This document shows, one piece after another, positions 54,763 to 64,000 of a DNA stretch of 64,000 bases. How positions within the stretch are numbered: the first letter of the stretch is position 1; the number at the start of each line of letters is the position of its first letter. The position numbers and the translations under genes were made by a program. Source of the DNA: Mytilus edulis (lineage: Eukaryota). The notes beneath the pieces were generated by a model, which was not told the origin of the DNA, did not search any database, and saw nothing but the letters and a program-made list of their open reading frames with translations. The stretch lies in NCBI RefSeq assembly GCF_963676685.1, contig NC_092347.1, positions 39,122,001 to 39,186,000 on the forward strand, given 5' to 3'.

Positions 54763-55105
54763 TTAATACTAATATGATAAAGGTGAATTGAAAAAGTGTA
54801 GAAATTTCATACAAAAAGTTGATGACCAAGACTTGCCGTCATAAAACTGTCTAGATTGATTATCCTACTCAGACTCACATTGGTGCAAGACATTTTGCAA
54901 AAAATTAAAACTACTAGGAGACATTTGAGCGCAGACATAAGAGCCCATTTTAGTACGGAATTTATCCGTTCACCTGTATTTTCGATAGCCTATTTTAGTG
55001 AAAACTTACCTGGTTGAATACATGTAGTACCCACTTTACTATAACCATGAACAGTAATTTATACTGGTGCTAAAATGGGTTATTCTTTGGCACTTAAACC
55101 TTAGA

Positions 55106-55890
55106 TTTTTATGCCCCACCTACGATAGTAGAGGGGCATTATGTTTTCTGGTCTGTGGCTCCGTTCGTCCGTCCGTCCGTCCGTTCAGGTTAAAGTTTTT
55201 GGTCAAGGTAGTTTTCGATGAAGCTGAAGCCCAATCAACTTGAAACTTAGTACACTTGTTGCTTATGATACGATCTTTTTAATTTTATGCCAAATTAGAC
55301 TTTTGACCCCAATTTCACGGTCCACTGAACATAGAAAATGAAAGTGGAAGTTTCAGGTTAAAGTTTTTGGTCAAGGTAGTTTTTGATGAAGCTGAAGTCC
55401 AATCAACTTGAAACTTAGTACACTTGTTGCTTATGATATGATCTTTCTAATTTTATGCCAAATTAGACTTTTGACCCCAATTTCACGGTCCACTGAACAT
55501 AGAAAATGAAAGTGGGAGTTTCAGGTTAAAGTTTTTGGTCAAGGTAGTTTTTGATGAAGCTAAAGTCCAATCAACTTAAAACTTAGTAAACTTGTTGCTT
55601 ATGATATGATCTTTTTAATTTTAAAGCCAAATTAGACTTTTGACCCCAATTTCACAGTCCACTAAACATGGAAAATGAAAGTGGGAGTTTCAGGTTAAAG
55701 TTTTTGGTCAAGGTAGTTTTTGATAAAATTGAAGTCCAATCAACTTGAAACTTAGTACATATGTTCCCTATAGTATAATCTTTCTAATTTTAATGCCAAA
55801 TTAGATTATTACCCAATTTCACGGTCCATGGAACATGGTAAAGGATAGTGCGAGTGGGGCATCCGTGTACTTTGGACACTGATTCTTGTT
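55106..55890 (+). mobile_element. HINE/DINE-like element family C with four ~168-bp tandem units
   Basis: Subterminal IR atgccccac / gtggggcat, (gtcc)n microsatellite, units starting at 55184, 55352, 55520 and 55689, 3' hairpin, T-run flanks. Confidence 0.85.
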
Positions 55891-58456
55891 TTCCCTAAAA
55901 TGTCCTATCAATGCACCAAAATGGCCTACACCGGACTCAGATATCAACCAATCAAATTATTGGATTTGGTATTTCAAGCACAATTTGTTTTACATTTTAT
56001 GAGTGAGGTTCTAGAGGCTACGGCTCAAAAACATTAGTGTACTTGTTGATATAATAAATTTAGGTCAAGGATCTATAACAGAATTTTCTTATTTATAAGA
56101 CACTGTCTAGAAAGATTTATTTCTGGCCTGCCTAATTGTTGTTATTCTGAGTTAGTTTATTGTCTTTATTATCGCATATTAAGTTTGTCATTTGTGCGTG
56201 TACAATAATTCCCTCTAATTGTATGATTAGGATGTTCAATAAAAGATCCGAGGATGAAAAAAGACAAACATAATCAACAGGAGTCCTTGGATAATAATAT
56301 GACCTATATTATATGCTTGACCAACTTGATTAGGTTTGCTTTAAATTTTTATTGAGGTCCAAAGTGTTAATACATCTGTGACATTTTGTTACATTTAAAG
56401 TAAAACATTTTATGCTTGGTTTATGTTTTGCTTGTTGGTCTAAATTATCGGATGATCCAAGGTTCTGTTGAAAATTTGATATCACATCTTGTAATAAAGA
56501 TGAAATCTAAGCTCAAAAACATATAAAATGTAAAGAATTATTTTTTATGCCTTACCCAAATTGTAGTGGGGCATATATATTTTTTCTAATTTGTGCTTCT
56601 TGTCAATAATTGTTCTATTCTAGTTTGGGTTATTTCAGTTGAACACATGAATATATTTACAAAATTAAAGACATAAAACCTGTTCACACCATATTACAAG
56701 CAGAATACCTTATCCCGATTTTCATGAAGATGTTATCAATAGAGCCCATAAATTTAGATATGATCCTTCCAAACTTCTTGATCTATTGAATAAACTCATT
56801 CTGAAAGGTGATTAATTACAAATTATTTCCTAGAAGAAATTGAATAAGTCACTTTGAACTAATAACTCATGGACCCAACCAAATAATAATGATTTGAATA
56901 AACTCATTCTGAAAGGTGATTAATTACAAATTATTTCCTTGAAGAAATTGAATAAGTCACTTTGAACTAATAACTCATGAACCCAACCAAATAATAATGA
57001 ATAACTCTGTCCTTCATGACTACAAGCAGTAAATCAGATTTTGTCTGGCAGTTATTATAATTCATTTTGTAATGATAAAACCTGTCCCATGTCGTCAATA
57101 TAACTTGAATGAAATGCTAGCTATATTTTTCATCAACCATATACAAGTATGATGACAGTGCCTTAGGTAATGGCAAAACTTTCATTAATCCTAGTTTATG
57201 ACCTTGGCTCAAAGATCATTTGCCTAGGTATTAATATGGTTAATTTATCTCTATATTATTTGGTCATCGATCTAGAAACCAAATTTCCTTATAAACTCTA
57301 GACACCAGTGTTGAAGTGATTTTTCCCACCTGCCTAATTGTTTTTATTCCAAGTTAGTTTATTGTCTTAATATCTTTTATATTAGGTTTGTCATTTGTGC
57401 GTGTTGAATGACTCCTTCTAATCTGACTATCAGCTGTCCTCTGAGTATTAATGACCTTTACTTACTTTAGTAGTAAAAAAGTAAGTTGATGTCAGGGAGT
57501 GTGATTAAGGAATTAGAGTCTTCCTTAATAGTGCTGATATTTAAGAAAAAAAATATTAAAGTAAATACCCTTTCATTTAAAGTTCTTTCTAAAAGGTCTG
57601 GATTAGAATTATATTATAGTCAAAAACAGAAAGCAACAAAGAGCCTAATTTTGATATTTCTGTTAATTCAGAAATTATTGCATAGGTCTAGTAAACTGGT
57701 TTAATCTGTCTGTGTTTAGATGCATGTTTTACTGTCTGTCCATCCTATCAATTTTATTTACACTTTCCTCAGAAATCACAAATTAGAATTCCCTGAACTT
57801 TGGTATCCAGCTTCATTTGAGCTTGGTAAAAACTGTAAATATATATGAATCATCCACTTCCTGTTAACAGAATTGTTTTATATTCCTACACATAATTTAG
57901 CTTGGTCTTGTATAAAATTTTGGTAACATTTTCTCAAGAACTACAAATCAGGGCCTCCTAAAATTTGGTTACAAGCTTCATGTAATTATGGTATATGATG
58001 TGACAAACATTTTGATTTCTTTGCTCATCCACTTCCATTTTAACAGAAATTACATTTCTGTTTAGAGGCCAGCTGAAGCCCACTTCCAGGTGCAGGATTT
58101 TCTTCGCTGTGTTCGTGGCCTTGGGCTGTTCTTCACTCTTTGGTCGAGTAGATGTCACTTTGACACATTCCCTGTTTCCTTTCTCAATTTAATTATATTC
58201 TAACATATAATGGCCAAGCATGAAATTATCGTCGCATTTATCTCAAAAACCAAAAATCAATGTTTCCTGAAATTTGAAATCACCTTTCATTTGAGCAAAT
58301 TGCTATGCCTTTTTTACATTTATTTTTTATTTACATGTATTGCTCAGCAATCAACTTCCTGTTTACCAATTGTACATTATTAATTATAGCAGGGTATCAT
58401 TTGTGGGGAATTTTCACAGTTCTACTTGTTTTATTTTGTCATCTCTATGTGTTGTC

Positions 58457-59032
58457 AAAGGAGTAAGGGCAGATTTTGGCCTCAAATTTCAGGCTCATCT
58501 GATGATTTTGGCCTCAAATTTCAGGCTCATCTGAAGATTTTGGACACTTTTTAAACACTTAAGTGTCTACTTTAGTCAATTCAATAAGTTTATGTGAAAG
58601 ATTTGAACTGATTTAGTCATTGCAGACGCTTAAATTCAAGCTTTAATAAATATGAAAAATCTTTCAAAATTATGCCATAATATGAAAAAAAAAAAAAAAA
58701 TGAAATTGGCCGCATCCGTGTTCACTCTCAACCTTTTTATATGTTATGTATTATCATCAAATACAATTTACATTTAAATATGAAGAATGAACACGAATGG
58801 GGCCACTTCCATTTAAGACGGAAACCGTCTAAAAATTATCTCAAATGCTATAAAATTGTGAAGATTTCAGTAATTTAGCATGACTTAATGATGCTAGTAC
58901 CCGATATATGTGCATTGTATTGTCAAAATCAGCCCATATTTATGTAGCAGAAAGTATTCTACTTTCCAATAAAGAGCACAAAGTGTACATTTTAACAATT
59001 TTGTAAAACTGTCTCACAGGACCTACTCCTTT
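58457..59032. mobile_element. MITE-like element, copy of 16193-16764
   Basis: Collinear similarity; termini aaaggagta / tactccttt; internal ~30-bp tandem duplication near the left end. Confidence 0.7.
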
Positions 59033-59248
59033 ATCCAACATGTCTGTTTAACGATAAACAAACTTTACATCCAGCTGAAATAAACACAGCTGTGTATTTA
59101 CTGGGTAAATTTAAAAATGATCAGTTGACATCTTGCTGTTTTCTCATGGTTATACCATATATAACCACACTTCTTCCCCTTATTTAGATATCAGATGACC
59201 ATTATGTCAAATTTGATTGGTTAGTTATAACCAATCATCAGTCTTTAC

Positions 59249-60050
59249 TAGGGATGTCAACGAGTACTAGAGTATTCGAGTTACTTTGGTAGTACCAAGT
59301 ATTGATTATCAAAATGATACTCGACTAATCGGTTTACTGTTATAATGTTGTTGCTTTCTTTAACAAAAATATTTCTATTGAGAGAGCTTCTCGGGAAATT
59401 ATATATTAATCAAAATGAATAAAAATTTAAATACAATTCGAATGTTTGCGTTTAACTGTCATTTAAAATTTCTCCAAATAGAAGTATGTGTAGGATATAT
59501 GAACACGAGCATTTTTCCAAGGCTTACACTTTTAGCTAATCTTAGTCCCTCCCACATCTTTGTACTGTCAGAGCATATATTTTCATCAGCAGGAATGTTT
59601 GTTACCTATTCAATTCAAGAAATCGCTACGTCCCTGAAAAAATTGACAAGATAATATAATTTTGATAAGAACAAATCTGTTGCACATCCAATCATCACCC
59701 CTTTGTTGATAATTAAATGTGTTTTTAAGGCTCTCAAATACTGTTGTTTGAGTAATACTTTTTCTATAGATATTGTTAATTACTTGATTAGATTATTACC
59801 AGTTTACATAATTAGTACAAGTAGTAAATGAGCTATTAATTATGGTATGAAATTCCTTCAATTGTTTTTTAGTCTTTGGTAAAAATGATGAGAATATTAC
59901 GATCATAAGACAACGACCCACAATACAGAACATGGGTATAATTTTATGTTTCCCTTTTATGTAAATGTTTTATCGAGCGAGTACTCGAGTATCGCTCTGT
60001 AAATCCAACGAGTAATCGATTAGTAAATCTTCACCGAATTGACATCCCTA
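59249..60050 (+). mobile_element. Internally deleted hAT transposon
   Basis: TIR tagggatgtcaa / ttgacatcccta, perfect 8-bp TSD gtctttac, relic of the hAT dimerisation domain (FPRLTLLA...SEHIFSSAG...PEKIDKII). Confidence 0.9.
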
Positions 60051-60799
60051 GTCTTTACTAATGTTATATAATTCTTGGAAGGTGACTGAAATTCTTTGGC
60101 AATTTGTTCCAGATCTTGAACCAGGAAGAGTAATGAATCAAGAAACTATTGAAATTTAATAGACTTAATTGAAACAATAGTTCTCATTCAGGAAGTGTAA
60201 TAAATCTACCGCATAGTTGTAACTGTCGGAATTTTATACATTCAACGGAAACCATTAGTTCTTTATGGTTTTTATTGTGTTTTTATTAATTTTGTTATTA
60301 CTTTTAATATTGTTTTTCTATTTATATGTCCAATTTGTCAATTCTATGAGAATTAATGAATATTGTTGTCTTATAGAAAAACATAACTGTTTCATTTTTG
60401 GTGAATACTATTTTTCAATTATGCTCAGAACGAAGACAATATTTGTTTGTATTTTTACATTTCTGTACTAATAGTAGTTTTTTGGTGTCTTGATCAAAAC
60501 CTTGGAAAGTATTTTAATGATTAAGCATATATATATATATTGAACAAGCAGCTACCTAAAAGTTAAGAAATCTTATAAACTTTTATAGAGCAGCAAAATT
60601 AAAGCCTTAAGGAAGTACGTATTATGAGTGACATATATCATCAAAATCAGTTGAGCTACACTGTTATGAAATGTTGAACTATTTTTACTAAAATAAGAAA
60701 CAAAATAATTACATACCAATTATGAAGAATGTTTGAAATTTAATGTCTGCACGAAATTCTGCAATTATAGTGGTTTCTCAAAACATAAGAGACAGTATA

Positions 60800-61074
60800 T
60801 TTTTATGCCCCACCTACGATAGTAGAGGGGCATTATGTTTTCTGGTCTGTGCGTCCGTTCGTCCGTCTGTTCGTCCGTCCGTCTGTCCCGCTCCAGGTAG
60901 TTTTTGATGAAGTTGAAGTCCAATCGACTTCAAACTTTGTACACATGTTCCCTATGTTATGATCTTTCTAATTTTAATGCCAAATTAGAGTTTTTACCCC
61001 AATTTCACGGTCCACTGAACATGAAAAATGATAGTGCGAGTGGGGCATTCATGTACTGAGGACACATTCTTGTT
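60800..61074 (+). mobile_element. HINE family C copy with a single internal unit
   Basis: Same ends as 55106-55890; a partial third copy lies at ~27300-27506. Confidence 0.85.
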
Positions 61075-61408
61075 GGTAATTTGTTAGTTCAAAAAGGTAA
61101 TGATAATTATGACAGAAATTTTTGAATTTTACAGAAAAAGATGAACTAATATAAAACCTAAAATGTTTGTCTTTAAAAATATCATAGATTTATAATGCTA
61201 TCTAAAATAACTGGGGTTTGTAGAATGGAAAGAAATCACAATCTCAAGACTAATTCTAACAAGGTTTGAATCATATACTAGTACAGAAATTAGCCCTCAG
61301 CTGAAAAATAAATTTGTGTCTTGTGATTAACATTTTGCAGACAAATACTTTTGGGATAATTGCTTGTTAAGATTACCATGATTTAGTCAAATTGTTCCTA
61401 AAATTTAA

Positions 61409-61570
61409 GAAATAATTCCTTCATGTCATGCTCTATGCTCATTTTAACATGGGTAGGCATTATATTTGTCGATATTTTACACTGAGCGTTAGCGAGGTGT
61501 AAAATGTGGTCAAATATAATGCCTACCCATGTTAAAATGAACATAGAGCATGACATGAAGGAATTATTTC
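61409..61570. repeat. Long near-perfect palindrome (162 bp)
   Basis: Arm gaaataattccttcatgtcatgctctatgctcattttaacatgggtaggcattatatttg and its reverse complement surround the loop tgagcgttagcgag. Confidence 0.9.
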
Positions 61571-62197
61571 GATTCTAATAGGACAAATACAGTACTTTTA
61601 TAGGTCGAAGCATACGAAAATACTGTAAAAATGATTGGCTTTTGCCGTTTCCTCCCCGAGGAGTCTGTACATTACATTTCAAATTTGATAAGTTTAAAAA
61701 CTACGAGCAGGGTAAATATATGTTGTTTTATAAAAATATATAATAAACGTTTATGTTAGCTGCTTAAATGTATATATTTTAAAGGATAACGATGGAAATA
61801 ACGTTAATATACACAGAAAGTTCGTGCGCATGTGTCAAACATATTTTGTGCTCATTAGAACACAGCTTTGTTTACAAAGCGTAATAAGGACGTCATATTA
61901 GAATTGCTAATTTTCTATTGATATGGATCAGCAAATTTATTTTGATACTGATTTTAATAAAAAGAACTGGTTATTAATCAACCTGCATCTTCAAGCCATT
62001 CCTTTGTCCTGATCATGTATGAACTATTTGCCACTGGACGTTAAGCAACTAACAATCAATCAATCAATCAAGCAATTCCACAAAAACATCTAGAGAACTG
62101 ATCAACCAATCCCTTTCATTATTAAGTATGTTGTTTCTCATCGCAAATTGGTGGTAAAACTTATATTTGACCTTTTCCATTCTTTCTGTTCAGCTAA

Positions 62198-62449
62198 GGC
62201 AGCAACCATTTGATTTTCTGCGGGGGCTATGGATTTATTTTCTAGACAAACTTTTTTTTTCACCTGTGGCGAAAAACAATCTATTTTTTTCTTTCAATTT
62301 TAGCATTAGATATAGTGGCAGCTGAGGGGGAAACAAACAATTTTTTTTTCTCAGAATCAAAAACAAATTATTTTTTTCTCCAAAAACTGGAAACAAATTT
62401 TTTTTCCAAAAAAATCCATAGTCCCCCCGAAAATCAAATGGTTGCTGCC
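62198..62449. mobile_element. PIF/Harbinger-like MITE
   Basis: ~40-bp TIR ggcagcaaccatttgattttc... / ...gaaaatcaaatggttgctgcc; 3-bp TAA TSD. Confidence 0.8.
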
Positions 62450-63380
62450 TAAGTAATGGCCCTTGATATCTTTACAGCATAAAATGCTATTTCTATTGTA
62501 GTGATACTGTAGTATAAGTAAAACTATTTTGAAGTACAAAATGTATATCAAAAGTTTGAATTTTAAAAAATCTCAAAATTTTATACCATGTCTAGAATAG
62601 AATATAAAAACAGTATCAATTAAAATAGTAATGATAAAGCAAATATGTTCAATATACAGAGGACCAATGTGGAGGGATGTAATGGAGGGTACATTCATGC
62701 ATGACCAATATAAATGGTAAAAAATCTTGCCAAATGACGTTAAACTGTAATTTTTGGTGTATGATGATAAAAAAAGCGTCTGATTTTGATGAATTATGTT
62801 GAATTTTATCAAAAATAATGGTAACGATTATTATTTGAGACCTCTGACAAATCAAGATAAGGATATTTTGATGAATCACAGTAAAATGCTAACCAATTTG
62901 ACACTAACAGATGTAAAAAAAAAATACTGTTTGATTCCTGATGGTAAAGGTCTTTCTCACCCTAAGTGTGAGCTTTCCCGGTAGCTTTTTTGTATCAGAT
63001 CTTGAACCAGGAAGTATAATCAATCTCCAAATAGTTGGAATTTCATTACAAAATGTCTTTATCCTGGAAGTGTAATGAACCTAGAAGCTATTAGAATTTG
63101 ATACATTTAATGGAAGCCATAGTCTTTATGGTTTTTATTTTTTGCTTTATTTATTGTATTATTACTTTTTTATATGGTTTTTCAATTTATCTGTCCAATT
63201 TGTCAATTAGATAAGAATTAAAGAACATTGCTGTCTTATGTAATGACATAACTGTTTTATTTCAGAGAATAGTGTTTTGTCAATCATGTTCGGGATGTAG
63301 AACCTTTTTAAGTCTAATTTCACATTTCTGTACTTTAGTGTAACATGTTTAACTGTGTTGTATAACCTTGGCAAGACTGA

Positions 63381-63948
63381 TTTTTATGCATCCGTTGTAG
63401 ATGAGGGGGAATTAAATTTTACCCATGTTCATCTGTACGTCCCAAAGTTGGTTTCCTTTCTTTAACTTTAGTTTGCCTCAACCAAATATTATGAAACTTA
63501 TACATATGCAACGCTTATTACCACAAAACACAGATCAAGTTTAAATTTTAGTGGTGTCACTTTAACTGTTAGAGTTATGCCCCTATACCAACAGAAAAAA
63601 AGCTGAACTTTTCGTTTAGGTAAATTTATGTAAGAAACTTTTGCACAATGCTTATTAAACAAAACACAGATCAAGTACAAATTTAAGTGGTGTCCCTTTA
63701 ACTGTTCTAGAGGTATGCCCCTTTACTAATGGAAAAACGGCTTTATTTTTGGTTTCCTTTCTCTAATTTAAGTTTGCCTCAATTAAATGTTATGAAACAT
63801 ACACAATACTTATTACCACAAAACTCAGATCAAGTACAAATTTGGGTAGCGTCACTTTTACCATACATCAGTTATGTCCCTTTATCAATTTATATGATAT
63901 GCAAGTGGGGCATCATGTGTGCCCAATGGTCACATTCTCCATTTGTTT
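63381..63948 (+). mobile_element. Diverged HINE-like element family D
   Basis: Internal repeats (ttattaccacaaaacacagatcaagt), 3' gtggggcat plus hairpin. Related copies at ~21119-21300 and ~29485-29860. Confidence 0.6.
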
Positions 63949-64000
63949 AAGGTTAAAATACACATAGTCAATCTGCAGCTACATTGAAGTTGAGAAATCT

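Noticed and set aside
55009-55068. Minus-strand 60-nt exon-like segment suggesting a nested gene
   Set aside because: Isolated, lies in repeat-like sequence around a HINE, with no partner exons or recognisable peptide.
60075-60160. Possible next FOCAD exon (..ILWQFVPDLE..)
   Set aside because: No suitable acceptor or donor, an in-frame stop soon after, and the segment belongs to a non-coding duplication.

Overview
AT-rich, intron-dominated eukaryotic (animal) genomic DNA. The repeat content resembles what I recall from mytilid bivalve genomes, but that is an inference. The only host gene I can support is a + strand focadhesin (FOCAD/KIAA1797-like) gene. Ten internal exons between 301 and 45496 splice through GT-AG introns with consistent phases into a 1521-nt (507-codon) open frame; the start and the rest of the gene lie outside the window. 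Almost all entries in the supplied ORF track are spurious. The introns hold a ~3.8-kb cryptic minisatellite, several Helentron-associated (HINE/DINE-like) elements with internal tandem arrays, and non-autonomous DNA transposons with recognisable termini and target-site duplications (TSDs): CACTA/EnSpm-like, Kolobok, hAT, Ginger-like, Harbinger-like, Tc1/mariner-like, and one GG-terminal 8-bp-TSD element. A decayed DIRS/Ngaro-type tyrosine-recombinase (YR) retroelement is also present. The most notable observations are: (i) arrays of a quasi-palindromic ACCTG..GGTAGA.CCC..ACAGGT motif on both sides of the YR relic; (ii) an intact-looking 44-nt minimal hammerhead ribozyme in a 92-bp TSD-flanked insertion; (iii) a Kolobok element carrying a frameshifted P2X7-ballast-like (KolX) relic; (iv) a TIR element carrying an open exon-like cassette. 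No prokaryotic system such as CRISPR or an operon is supported.
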